Below, one piece after another: positions 33,701 to 48,700 of a stretch of 64,000 nucleotides of DNA. The translations under genes were made by a program, and so were the position numbers. The DNA comes from Lytechinus pictus (lineage: Eukaryota): the NCBI RefSeq assembly GCF_037042905.1, contig NC_087245.1, forward strand, positions 8,246,001 through 8,310,000, read 5' to 3'. Below the pieces are notes generated by a model. That model had not been told where the DNA came from. It searched no databases and saw only the letters and a list, made by a program, of their open reading frames with translations. Each line of letters opens with the position of its first letter. The first letter of the stretch is position 1.

Positions 33701-36700
33701 TAATTAGTTCCAAATGTTTTGAAACAAACCTTGATTGTGTCTTTTCAGGTATTTATTGTGAGGAAGAGATTCAGGAGTGTGTTTCCAATCCTTGCCAGCA
33801 CAATTCAACATGCATTGATGAGATCGCTTCTTTTAGTTGCCTCTGTCCACCTGAGTATAGTGGAGCTACATGTGAGGAGGAGAGAGATTATTGCTTAGAA
33901 CAGGTATGCATATATATATATTTGATATGGCAGGCCATGGCCTTGCATGCTTTATTCACTGGTTTTTAATGTTGGTGCTGAAATATAGAACTGTGCCCTA
34001 TAGACAAGTGGTCTCAATTCAAGATCTGAGAAATTCAGTGACGTTGATTGTCACTTTTGTTTAATCTGACCGGGAGCCCATTTCATAAAGAATCACAACC
34101 GGAAACCTTGATTGTGATTGGCTGCTGAGCCCTGTTACTATGGTAGTTGCCGTAAACATTCCTCAGAAAAAGAGTCCACATGCATCATAGGATCTAGTTT
34201 AAGCTCTCGCTAATGACAAGTCTTTGTAAGGAAGTGCAATTTCTGTGCTTTCCCTAATGTTAGAAAGGGTGTGATTTTAATATGATGTTTGTCCATGACA
34301 TGCCACTGAACCAGACTGCCATGGAAAGAGGTGTAAACTGATAACACCTAGCCTTTTACTGGATGCCAGTCAGTTATAATTATAACCATCGTACTCATTC
34401 CTCATATACCAGTACACAGGGTAGGAAATATATATTTTTTAGGGTCTATTTTTTTTTCCACATTGGGGCGAGTGCATGATTTTGGGGGCTATTTCTTTCA
34501 TTTTAAGGGCTACTATTTAGGGGCAACAAGCTAGTTTGCAGTAAATTCAAATGTCATAATTCTGCCATAGTTAGAATAGATCTACATAATCTTAAATATT
34601 GTTTGTGAAAGATCTTGGGGCTACTATAGAAAGAGTGGTCGCCCCAAAGCATGCATTTGGGGGCATTTTAGGGGCCTTTAGGGCTGTCATGGGGGCGATA
34701 TCGCCTATCGCCCTCATATATTTCCAACTCTGCCAGTACAGGTGTATGGAACATACACAAAACAAAGAGGGATAGGAAGATCAGTCACCCTTGATAATGC
34801 TACTATGTATAGATTATCCATGACTACCATTACTTGAATTCAGTTTGATTTTGTAGAGTAAAAAACAAGGGACACTTATGGCATCCGTCTGTATTCTGTT
34901 TGGCAACAATTCCTCAAATCAGCGAATGACAGAGTAGTGATAGGCTAATGACCCCTTGCTAAATGAAACTGAATAAAAAATAAAACAACACCTAGCATCA
35001 TAATTTCATTGTGTGCATTTTATTAATTTCCATTACTTTTATTATATTTTAAATATACCTTTTTACCTTACAAGCCTTGTCTAAATGGAGCGAATTGTAG
35101 CAGTTTTTTAGGAGGCTACACCTGTGTTTGCAGATCAGGATTCACAGATCGGAACTGTTCCACAAACATTGATGAGTGCCAACCAAACCTTTGTCAAAAT
35201 GGAGCTACCTGTCTTGATGAAATCAATAATTTCAGGTAAAATTCATGTGTTTGTGATCTTCGCTGGCATGATTCATTTCTTATTTTGATTATCAGAATTG
35301 CAAGCTGGTCAAAAAAAGCATGAACTAAACAGTAATATATGTATTTAAGGAGTACTAACTTCTGAACTTTTCTGACAGATTGTCTTGCTTATGTCTGTTT
35401 AAGCTTATACTGTGTGGTTTTATTCTATTTGTATGTATAAGTAGTTTGCTCATGAATCTGAGCATTTAAAATGGAAATTGTGTAGTATAATGAAGCAGGA
35501 TGTGGAGAATGTTGAAAAATATATTTGTATTGTGTTTAGTAATTTACCAAGAATATTTAAGGTAATACGACCCAGAACCCAATGTATACTCCACAGTAGA
35601 TGCTAAATGGATATCATGATTCTTATCATTTTTGCAGAAGTTTTTTGGGTTTTAATGCTGATGATAAAAATGCTGATGGTGGTTATGATAGTAATAAGAA
35701 ATGTAAAAAAATAGCGATGGAGGTTGTGACTTATGCAATCTCTTTTTATTAATTCATCAGATGTGAATGTAGCCCTGGGTACAGTGGCCAGTTCTGCGAG
35801 ACGAACATAGACGATTGTGCTTCTAGTCCTTGTGAGAACGATGCAGAGTGTATCGATCTAATTGATTTCTTCTTCTGTGTATGTCCTGGTGGCTATACTG
35901 GTATGACATGTGATGTAGAGATTGATGAGTGCATATCAGATCCTTGCATGAATGAAGGCAGATGTGTAGATTTGTTGGATGCCTACCAGTGTATATGCAA
36001 TCCAGAACTCTTTGAAGGTGAGTCAAGTTTCAACCATTTAATGTGTTTTTAGAAATAAAGATCTTTATCAGCAATAGGGATAGTTTTGTAAGTAAATGCA
36101 ATTAGCTTGATTCAAACCACTCATGGCTTCATACATAATTTAGCTCTATTGAAGTGGTTATTGTTGAGGAGGGAAGGTGAGGAACCTGTAAAAAGGGTTA
36201 TGGAATCTAGAAGTAGATGGAATAAAAGGAAAGGGAAGACCAAAGATTACATGGAAAGATATTATGAAGGAGGAAAGCAGTTAAATTTGGTTGGAATAAA
36301 GATAATGCTCAAGATAGAAAGAAGTGGAAAGATGGTGTGAAAGTCGGTAAACCTTTGTACATGTAAGAGGGAAAATGCTAATGGAAAAAAATTGATGATG
36401 ATAATGTTAGAAGATAGAGATTTTAAGAGTATATTAATGGGAGAGTCAGATTATTGAAAAGAAGATGGATTAGCCAAGTGATATGACTTTCCAAAACCAA
36501 AATACTGCTGATTGAACATTTGATCTCAGTTTTCAATATCAGACCATTCGGTTTAAATTTTTAATGATCTTATTAATTTCTGTTTACCAGGTATCAATTG
36601 TGAGATTCCACTCCACAACTGCTCTTTCTACCCCTGCCAAAATAATGGAACCTGCCAAATAATTGACAGCTTATCATATTCATGCCTTTGCACAGCCCGG

Positions 36701-39700
36701 TACACTGGACAAAACTGTGAAACCAACATCCCCTTCTGCGACACGCACAACTGCACCAATGATGCAACCTGTGTGGAGCACCCCAATGGATTCACATGCC
36801 AGTGTCCAGTAGGTTACACTGGTCAATGGTGCGAAGTGGACATAGATTACTGTGCCAATCACAATTGCTCAAATAACTCTACCTGTATAGATGATACCAC
36901 TACATACCAATGTTTCTGTGCCCAAGGATTTGGAGGACAAGACTGTGAGATAGATATCAATGAGTGCAGGAGCAGTCCATGTGCTAATGGGGGTGTTTGC
37001 ATGGATGAAATCAATGGTTATCAGTGCATGTGCCCTGCAGGATATACTTTACCAGATTGTTCCCTCAACATTGATGAATGTGAATCATCCCCATGCCAAA
37101 ATGGAGGAACCTGTAATGATGGAGCCAATATGTATACATGCATCTGTAGCATTGGTAAGAAAGAAAACTAGATTCATGTACATTTAGAGTGGATAAATTA
37201 GATGGTTACCTTATGCAATCTATATTCGTAACAATCAAAGGCAATGCAAATTTCTTTACAGGGAGTTGAATGCTGTACATAAATATAAATGGATTCATGA
37301 TAATCCTGATGTAATCTTGGCATACATATTAAGCTTCAGATTATACATTCATCATAAGAACTCTCTCTGCTTGTGCATGTCTTCATAAAATGATTGCTGT
37401 TGAACTTCATTTGTGCAGATAATGTACAATGTTTTAATTTCTTTTTCATATATTTTTCAATACTACAGGATTCAATGGAATACATTGTGATAATGATCTA
37501 GATCTTTGTGCCTTAGACATTTGCCAAAATGGTGCCCTCAGCTGCTCTGAGACAGAAGATGGTCACAATTACAGCTGTGTCTGTGCACCAGGTAATACTA
37601 ATCTCTGATTATATTTTTAGATAATCTTAGATAAATACAGTGTTTCAATGAAAGATTCTCCAACGCTAAGCAGGGAACATGGACATGTAGGGTAGTATTC
37701 TGAATGTTTTATGTAGGCCTGCAATGTATATTGACTGTCTATGCACTCCTCCTACTGTTTGAACAACAAATATTTTGATACTGTTTTTGCAGTCCATCCC
37801 CACATTCAGTTGAGTAGTGCATCCCAATCCTGCTACATCTTGACACAAACTATTGTATTGTAATCTTAACTTTGACAACAATTGTACAAAGTCAGCAAGC
37901 CATGCCTGTATAGTAATCATGAAAATTGAATTAAAATTGTGGCTGAACTCCCAATTTCCTAATTGAAGGTGTACCATCTAGTAGTTATCAAAATACAAAT
38001 CTAATTATTATCATGATTTCAAGCTAGCTGATAGGCAGTATTTGTTTCATTTGTATCCATATAATTATTATCTTTGGTTTCCAATGGTGTAGTTGGTATA
38101 CAACATCTGTTTTTTCTTGATTTATTTTTCTTGTATTTCCTTTTTTCTGTATATCCATACTTTCATTCAATATTCTCTATCATTTTTTAATTATGCATTA
38201 ATGGTTTTAATATATAATTTTATTATGTAAATTTTTATATGTAATATTGATATTATTCTATTCATAGGTTACCATGGACACAGCTGTGAAACTGAGATAA
38301 ACGAGTGTGCTTCTAATGCCTGTCTTAATGATGCATTCTGTTTGGATGAGATCAATTCTTATCAATGTTACTGCTTACCTGGTAAATATGGCACTTTAAT
38401 TTTTTCTTTAAGAGGACATGGAAGTCTTGTTTTACAGAATGACTGAATTACAATAACAAAGTACAGTATAAACAAACATGATGTTTGAGAAAACACACTT
38501 ACTGAGGAATATGATCACATCAGTCAAAATCAATTATTTTGTTAGGTGCATGAATGGTAAGCAATTTACTCTGGTTTATTTTAAGCAAAAACTGAAATGG
38601 GAAAAAAGTTTTGAAAGATGTTTTTTAGGAAGGTAAATAAGTAAATAAGTAAAAAGTAGTTTAATTATCATATTCCTTGAAATTCAATACGGGTTGTCAT
38701 TAAGTTTAGGAAATGACTGATAAAATCCGATGACTGGGGTAATAGTATATCTGTAAAGCGCTTAGACACGTCGTTCCTATGTATTAAGCGCTATACAAAA
38801 GCGGATTAGTATTATTATATTATTGAAATACATGTACCTATTTGTTTTCAGATGGCCCTCATAATATGTTCTGCATATGTGTTTGATTTTCTGTTTTGTA
38901 GGTTACGTCGGTGACCATTGTCAGTATGAGATTGATGAGTGTTTCAGTCAGCCCTGCTTGCACAACAGCTCTTGCATAGATCTGTTCAATAACTACAGTT
39001 GTATGTGCAGTGCAGGCTATGAGGGCTATAACTGTGAGATCAACATTGATGACTGTGCTGAGAACCCTTGTCTTAATGGAGGCTCTTGTCAGGATGGGGT
39101 TGATGATTACAACTGCATTTGTAGTTCAGGTGAAGATAGCATTACCTTTGTATATGCAAAAAACACACGTTTTTTTGAGGTTGCATATTGTGAACCCAAT
39201 GTATAGATTTTACCTATAAACTGAAAAAAATCTCTGTATGTACTGTAATATGAAATTAATCATGAGGTAATTTTTCGAATCAAAATGATAACTTTATTCC
39301 CTGTTATGAGTGGAGTTGATTCTTCTTCAAACCCTTCAACTTGGCAATATACTGACTTTCAGATATTTCTTTTTATCTACCCTTTAGCCATGATACCGTG
39401 TAACCTTTTTTGAAACCAATAAAGCTAAGCAAAGAGGAATCTCAATGTTAATTGTCAATGCAATTATATTATTAAAACTTGGAGATGGCTTGAGAAAATA
39501 TAGAGTGGATACACAATTTGTTACAATAATAAATTTGTGAAAAAAATAGATGTGTCAATATTGCCTTCAAATATTGAGTTCCCAGTCTTTTCTTCTTTCC
39601 TGTTCTTTCTCACAGGATATGAAGGCAGAAATTGTTCTGAGGACATTGATGAATGTGCTTCCAACCCTTGTATGACAAACACAACAGAGGTGTGTATCAA

Positions 39701-42700
39701 TGAAATAGATAACTTCACCTGTGTGTGCAGTCTAGGGTTCAGGGGTCAGATGTGTGAGGTCAACATAGATGAATGTGAAGTTCATTCTTGTGAGAATGAT
39801 GCCACTTGTATAGATGGTATTAATAGCTATAGGTGAGTTTGCTTCAGCAGATTAGTTTACTTTTCTTTATATTTACAATCGAATTACATTTGAAAAGATG
39901 CAAACGATTTTCCTTTCACCCAATTTCGCACTTAGTCACAGGCCATGAGATCATGCAATCAAATTAAGAGAGAATTAACATGCTTTGCATAATCTTGTCT
40001 GAAAAATTGCTTTGGCTTGAGTAATTATGTAATTTATTGGTCGACATATATATAGACTAGATTTTATTTTTGTCTTTGAAATTAACTTTTATGATTTAAT
40101 GGTGAATCTTTTGGGGCCAAGGGTTATCTCTTAGTTAGTCAGGACTTTGTTACTGCAATAATAGTCTTTATCTGAAATGATCTTGAATTGAATTTTAATT
40201 AGCAAATATTTAGGTTATGAGTTGCCAGTATTAACTAAGGTCTATGGATCTCTCTATATCTTACAGTTGCATCTGTGCACCAGGTTTCACTGGATCACTG
40301 TGTGAAGCCAACATTGATGAGTGTTTATCAAATCCTTGCAATCTTGGTACCTGCATGGATGATATCAGTGGCTACACCTGCCTATGTCCCGCTGACTCAC
40401 GGCCATTTGACCCTCTTTGTAATCTCCTTCCACCATGCACATCCAACCCCTGCCAAAACAATGGAACATGCCAGGAGGCATTGGATTCCTATGCCTATAG
40501 CTGTGAATGTGCAATTGGTTTTGAAGGGCTAAACTGCGAAGTGAACATTGATGATTGCCAAGTGGGAAACATCATATGTGCTAACGGAGGAACATGTGTG
40601 GATTTAATTGGGGATTTTCGCTGCCAATGTCTAGCAGGTTTCGAGGGACAAATTTGTGAAGAGAATGTAGATGACTGCATTGGAAATCTCTGTCAATATG
40701 ACAGTGTTTGCGTTGATGGGGTGGTAGGCTATACATGTTCCTGTCTGCCAGGTTTCACAGGGACGTTTTGTGATGTAACTATACAGACTTGTAATCAGAA
40801 CCCTTGTTTAAATGGAGGAACTTGCCAAGATATTGAATTGACCACCCCCACAATTTCAAATGGAGGGGGTGAAGGAGCTGATTCAGTCAATAGGATGTTT
40901 CAGTGTGCATGTTCCACTGGCTGGCAAGGAATGTTCTGTGAAGTAGAGATCAATGAATGTACATCCAACCCCTGTCTAAACAATGCAACCTGCATGGACT
41001 TCTTTGCTAGATATGTCTGTGAATGCAGCCCAGCTTTCACAGGAGAACAGTGTGAAGTTAACATCGATGAGTGCATTAATAATGAGTGTGCTCAGGGGTC
41101 CACTTGCATTGACGGCCTCCTGTCCTATACATGCCAATGTACCGATGGATATGAAGGCCGCCTATGTGACCAGGAAATAGATGAATGTTTGTCCTCTCCT
41201 TGCAATCCAGATACAAGCCTCTGCGTGGATCTACTCGCTGGATATCGCTGTTTTTGTTTAAATGGTTGGGCAGGACCTAACTGTGAAATCAATGTTGATG
41301 AATGCCTCAGTGATCCATGTCAAAATGAAGGGACATGTTTAGATGGGATTGCTGATGTGACTTGCCTGTGTCGTCCTGGGTTTACAGGAAAATTCTGTGA
41401 GGTAAGTGAGAAGACCTCTGAATTAGGTAGGTTTCAGAAAACATATTTTCATGAATAATTTATGCCACTCATAGTTGTAAACATCAAGCTTAGAACTCTA
41501 CTTAATATCAGCCCTGTCCCTAAACGGAGTGTAACACACATTAATAACCCTATGACTCCAGTGAACAATGTCCTGACAAAATGTTTTCATCTTCAGCATA
41601 TTTTGGGAGATGACCAATGACTAGTAAAAATTTCAGCTAATCTTTTGTATGTTTTTTTGAAAACCCTTCATTTGCCTGCTGTACAGGTAAGTACAAGTAG
41701 TTTGAAATGGTAACATTAGGTTCACAAATAAACTTGTCAAGCAGTGGGATAGGTTAGTGTGAATTCATAGTATGCCACTGATGTGATCATCTTACAAGTT
41801 CTTGTTGATGCCAGTAACCTTCATAATTTGGCTGATATAACATCACACTTTAGGTACTACATGTGCCAGAAAAGCCCTGTATTTTACAAACATGTTTCTT
41901 GAAAATCAATCTTTTATTCTTAAGAGGAGATAATTCATTTATGGAGATAATTCACTTGGAGATTGCTGTTTTATTTCTTGTTATTTCTGTTATACATGTA
42001 CATGAATATACCTCTGCAAGTAAGTGCCACAAATCAACCTGAAATATAATGTTTATGTATTCTTTCAAATGTTTGGCACCTGTATTTTATTGTAATTTCT
42101 TTTGCAGTTCGAGATTGATGAGTGTGACTCAAATCCATGCCAAAATAATGGAGAATGTGTTGATGAAATCAATGGATACGTTTGCTTTTGTCTACCAGGA
42201 TTTACAGGTTAAAAAATTAACAAATAATTCTTCCAACCTTATAAATCAGCCCTTTTTTTAAGTTTAACTACATGTAAGTTTTGTAATTTGCAGTGATTTA
42301 CTGTTTAGCCTAATCAATGTGCCTGCATGTTTACTACTACTACTTATCAGTATTACTTTTTTTCTTACAGACTATTCATTTAAGTTATGATTTTGATGAC
42401 ATATTGATGAAATGCAAATATATCTATGATATAATGGATCAGATGATTTTTCCCCACAAGCTTTTAACAAGGTTATGTGAAAAGTTTATTGGTAATATGT
42501 GAAGTAGTGACTAAACTGTTTGTAATTACCTTCATGTGTATTAAATCATTAACTTCAATTTGAAATTGAAACACATTCTTGACTATAATGATAAATGTTG
42601 TTCTCTGATATCAGTTATCTTACCAGTTTATTATTTGTCCAATTACCAACTCGTCTACTGTCCTTTGGTCTACCATCAGTTCGTCCACTATCCACATGGT

Positions 42701-45700
42701 CTAATTACCATTTTGTCCACTCACCATTTTGTGGAGTAACCAGTTGGTCCAAGCCAATTATTCATACTGTTTGGTCTAAATGGACTAAGTGTTAATTGGG
42801 CAAAATGAATTAAAAAAATAAAATGGATATTAGACCAACTGGTTATAAGACAAAATGGTCAGATGAACTGGTGATTAGACAAAGTGATAATTGGACCAAA
42901 TGGTTGTTAGTCGAAATGTTGATGGACGGAATAGCATTAGACTATTAAATGAAGGTAGACCATGTGATGACGATGGACGAGTTGGCAATTTAGACGAATC
43001 AGCAATTTACCATCTTACCTACATGTAGGATGGGGGGGTGGTAACATAAAGATTTACAATTGGTTCGTAGAAGGCCCTGATTGATTGATTCTCATTATCG
43101 TCACACAAACATGCTTTAATTCATTCTCATTTCCTCCTTTCATTTCAAATTATGCAGGTGTAGAATGTGAGATCAACATTGATGAGTGTGCCTCAGAGCC
43201 TTGTTTGAGAGGAGGGACATGTTTAGATGGTATCAACTCATACCAGTGTCTCTGTCCTATTCCATACCGTGGTGACAACTGCTCTCTTCTGCCATGTCAG
43301 GTCTTTCCATGTGAGAACAATGCCAACTGCACTGACTTTGTCAATGACCTTGAGACCTACCCACTGGGCTTCTTTTGTGCCTGTAATACTGGATTCATGG
43401 GTGAGACATATTTTATTTAAGGTTTTCTTGCTAATTTTGTTTAATGACTATGCAATTCTATTATTTACTGTTTTTTGCATCTGTTTATTAATTTAGTCAA
43501 TGATGCATCCATAATTACTGAATATAGATATTTCTCATATTTAGAATTAATTTTTACATTTTCATGTATCTTTTTATCTTAATTTTGTATATTTATTTAA
43601 TCACTGGATATGTAACATTCAGTTATTATTTCATGCATCGTGAATTATACAAATGACCAACTATGTTTCATCCAATAGGTCAGCGATGTGAAGTGAACAT
43701 CAATGACTGTTCTCCCAATTCATGCAGTGGCAATGGCCTATGTATTGATGGTATACTTGGCTTCTCATGTTTATGTGAACCTGGCTGGGCTGGCAGGGAT
43801 TGTAGTCTGCCCATTGATGACTGTGTTGATAATATGTGTCAGGTATGTTTACACAAACAAATTTGGGTGGTGAAACCAGCATGATAGTGGTATGCATTGT
43901 ACATCGCATTTTTTATCTAATATCAAATGGATATGGAAAAGAGGTATCTAGTTTGTACTGAAGCCAATTACAATTTTAATAAGACCTAGAAATAAATGAA
44001 AACAATATCCGCTTCTTAGTTTGTGAGAGTAATGAAATAGAAAGATAATGTGATACTCTTCCCCATCAAAATGAAAATTGAGATAACTTTAGTGTTCAAA
44101 TAATTGTGTTGCTTCAGTGAAGTTAACTAACACTGATTGATGATATCCGTATTATGCATGTTAAATGTAATTGTTGTTTTAGAGGGCATTCCTAAATCCT
44201 TACAACAGATATCAGGATGCCGGGAACTGAGTGATATGCATGTATAATGCATAAATAAAAATTTCAAGTGATAGAAAAGTTATATAAATTGACATATCCA
44301 TGATGAAATTTAATTAGATGTGTCTATTACTTTTTCACTCAGAATAATTCTACTTGTGAAGACTTGAATCAGGCTTACCAGTGTCACTGCATTGAAGGCT
44401 ATGAAGGAAACTTTTGTGAGATTGAGATAGATGAGTGCTCTTCTGACCCATGTTTGAATGGAGCCACTTGCATAGACCACTTCAACAGATTTGAGTAAGT
44501 ACCTGCAATTTATGAATGTAAAATTGTTAACATAGATTTTTGTGGAGTAGTATTGTTGCCTACACTGTACCCATTATTGCAAATTACTTTTTTTACGGTG
44601 CTCAATCAAACAATAATAGTATTAATAGTAGGCCTATAGAAAAAGTATAAATACTTCTTACTTTAAATTTTGAGGACCCCCCCCCCCCCCCACTATTTTC
44701 TAATAGGAAACACTTAAGAGGTATTGGATAAAGAAGACTTGGAAGACAAATGAAATCTATCTGTTAATCTCTTATGTCCTGACAAAAGAAGGATTCATGT
44801 CAGGTCCTAAGAGAAACAAGTAATATGTTTACCAAAATAAAATATTGTCTGCATTTCACACCCCCTCTTACTGAATCCTATACTGTGATGGATCTTCCTC
44901 TGTTGTTTCAGATGTATCTGTCCTTCTGGTTGGATGGGGACCACCTGTGATCAAGATGTTGATGAATGTGACTCTAATCCTTGTCAGAATGGTGCTCGCT
45001 GTCTCAATGGACCAGACAGGTTTAGATGTGACTGCCAGCCTTTCTTCACAGGGACATACTGTAATGTGACCTTTGACCCTTGTGACCCAGGGTTCGACCA
45101 ATGTCAAAATAATGCAACCTGTGTCACGCAAGTGGATGGTAGTTATCGGTGTACCTGTTTGGAAGGTAAGTGATGTCTGTTCTGTGTACATTGTATTTAG
45201 CTATGCTAATTTTCAGGCAAAGTCATTTTTCTGGCCCAGCCATTTTTCTGGCCCTGTCAATTTTCTGGCCCCAACCATGTTTGTTAATATGGCTTAGTTT
45301 AACCTTGCCTGTTAATCATAGCTTGATATCTACTTGTGATTGACTTTATACTGACTTTATATGATTTGTACAATCTATGTCTCTGTATTAATTTCTTGCT
45401 ATAGGCTTTGAGGGATTCAACTGTGAAGTTAACACCAATGAATGTGCATCCTCACCATGTCTGAATGGAGCAGCATGCTTTGATGAAGTAGCTGGATATC
45501 AATGTTTCTGTTCAGTTGGTTTCAGTGGTATCCATTGTGAAGAGAATATTGACGATTGTGTTCCTGATGCCTGCGCTAATGAAGGAACCTGTGTGGATGG
45601 TGTTAATGGGTAAGGGATTGGTTCTACTACGTGCTAGTCCTATTATGAAAAATAATTCTGCATTTTATGTTTTGAATCAATAACTTTAGTTTGTTTCGGG

Positions 45701-48700
45701 ATGTTAGACAAAATTACATATATCACAAGAAATGGCAAAATCTTCTGTAAATATAATGTATGTATTCAGGTTTGTTGAAAAATTCAGTCCCATTAGGTTA
45801 AAACAGTGGATTTTGATGTTAGCACAAGAAAGCAAAGTTTTGTGTTACTTAAGAGCACCTTTATGAGATGGCACTCGGTAATTTAACTCTTCGCTACTAA
45901 GGCAATTTCCTGAAGATTGAAGAAAGATCGTCTCTTTTATCTCTTCAGACATTTGTATGTATTCTACAAATGAATTGGTCACAATGTGTTTGCTTGCAGG
46001 TTCTCATGTAATTGTACTGCTGGATGGAATGGAGCCAACTGCACAGATGATATCGATGAATGTGAATCAGAACCCTGTCTAAATGGAGCTACTTGTATAG
46101 ATCGTCTCAATAGCTATCAATGTGTCTGTGTTCCTGGATATACAGGTATATATGAAAGGACAAACCTAAGATTTTGAGATTTTGGGATAGCGCATAGAAT
46201 TATGCATATTTTTTGTTGTAAGGGGATTACATAAAGATAAGAGTTTTTGTGATTTTTCGAATGTGTCCCTGAAATGAATTTAAGTTTTTCATATCTAACA
46301 TTAGGAGGATCAATTGAGAAAATAATATTGTTTTTTGTGTTGGCAAATGGTTGAATTATTGCTCATTACAATTCATCAGGAATATTGTCATTGAGTTCCT
46401 TGATACATTTGATCAGTCATCCAAATGCAAGGATTTTAGTAGCTTATAACAAGTGTAAGTAAAAAATCACTGACAAATCATTTACTGAAATTCTCTCTGG
46501 ATGTCTGCACCAGCATAATTTAGGATCACCTTGGGCCACTCTCCCAACTCACTTTCTAAGTAGTATTTCTTCATTTTTAAATGATCTTTAAATTGATTGA
46601 TTGCATCCTATTAGGTGTCCTTTGTGAAGATGACATTAAAGAATGTCTTTCAGCGCCTTGTCTAAATGGTGCATCCTGTGTGGATGACATCAATCGATAT
46701 GAGTGTATGTGTGTGGCTGGGTTCTCAGGTTTGAACTGTCAGGAGAACATTAATGATTGTCTTCCACATCCATGCAGTAATGGCAGGTATGGTCTATTTT
46801 ATTATCAAGCACTTCTTTGTGTGAAAAACATAAAACCTTTGGTTGGTAGTTTTTTTTGTGAACGTAGTTCTGAAAATACACCCATAATGGATTAATTCCT
46901 GAAGAAAGGGTAAAGAACCCATAAATATTTGAAATGTTGTTTATTTTCATCTTTGGTGTTAATTTTTTGAAAAAGATATGACTTACGAGGTCCTGAAGAT
47001 GATAATAAAGAGTTGATGAAACCCTCATGAACATCATATTAAGAGAAATAAGATTCATTTGCAGTTACATTCCTGGCCTATAAGTTGCCTTACTATTTGA
47101 TTCTTCTTTTAACAATTAGCTTTAATAAGAGTGTAAGGAATATTTTCCTGTCTATAGTCATTTTGCATAAGAAATACTTGAAACCTATATTTGAAAAATT
47201 ATGACAATACAGAAGTTTGGAGACAGTAGATTGTTATTGCTGACTGATATACTCACATCTTTACTGTGTTCATATTGCCAAATTGCCTTCATTCATGAGG
47301 CGAACACATTATAAATACATGTTGGTTTGATTAAATTCTTTGTATTGATACAGCTGCATTGATGAAGTGAATGGATACCAATGTGAATGTGACCCAGGCT
47401 TTCAAGGGTTCAATTGTACCGAGGATGTTAACGAGTGCGAAAGCTCCCCTTGTATGAATGGAGGCCAGTGTAACAACCTTGTTAATCGATACACATGTAC
47501 ATGTGTGTTTGGATACACAGGTAAGTTCTTGCATAAACCATTTTTATTAGATATGAATTAGAGCACAATTAAGATTCAGTGATGGTTTGCATTATGTGGA
47601 TAAAAATAATAACAGTCGCACTGAAAAATAGTTTTGTTAAAAGCCTTCTTGCAGCTGAAATGTTAGTTCATTCCTTCTGATTTGCAGGGCGCTCCACAAA
47701 ACTTATATATTTCATTTTTCATCTCAATAAATGTTGCAGGTTTCTGTTTTGATTTTCAGTGGAGAGGAGAGATTTAATGACATTTACACAGTTGACATCT
47801 CAGTTACATGGAAATTAAGTTTTATCGAAACTTCAGTTTGTTTCAAATCCACCAATAGGCAGTTCTTATGTTATTTAGCTAATAAGTCTTTATTTCCTTC
47901 TGATGATTACCGTAAATTACCGTGTATACGGCGCACTCGATTATAAGGCGCACCCCCGATTTTTAGATCGTCTTGAGAGAAAAAAATTAAAATAAAAAAA
48001 AATGCGCGATTATTTTGCTAAGCCGCGCGAAATACAGCGTTGCTGTTAGATTTTGGATATTAATTATTATGTTTGGGAGCGCATCTGAATTAGACCGTTA
48101 AATGGGGTAATTGACTAGTCTAGCGCAAGCAGCATTATCGAAGGAAAAGATTCTAAATAAGGTCTGTAAAACACCGTTTCAAACGGCAGTCTATTTGCTT
48201 GTAATGTATGTATGCGTATTGCGCTATAGCCTATGCGGCGTTGTGCACGACGTGGGCCTCGGACCGAAGGATTTTCTTGTTTCTGTTTATAAGGCGCACC
48301 ATGTTTTTTTACCCTTTCCAGCATGAAAAAATGTGCGCCGTATACACGGTAATTTACGGTATTTCTCTTGGAAGCCAACCAGAATCCATCTCAGTCTTGC
48401 TGTCATCCTAGACAAGTTTGGTTTAGAAAAACTGTGTGTGACCCTGTTGATCCCACCCCACTAGGGTGATTCCATTTAAAATTACAATTAGCCCACTTGG
48501 ATCATTATAACAAATAGTAATTTGAGTAAATGTAATTCTTGTTGAATCAACTTGATATTAGACATTGTGGGAGTTTAAAACCAAATGATACAACCAAGAT
48601 GCTGTAATATTTTTGAATAAAGGATAGGGAAGACAATGGAACTATAAATATAAGATTTTGTGAATGTACATGTGTGCATGTATTGGAGTAGCATCTCCAT

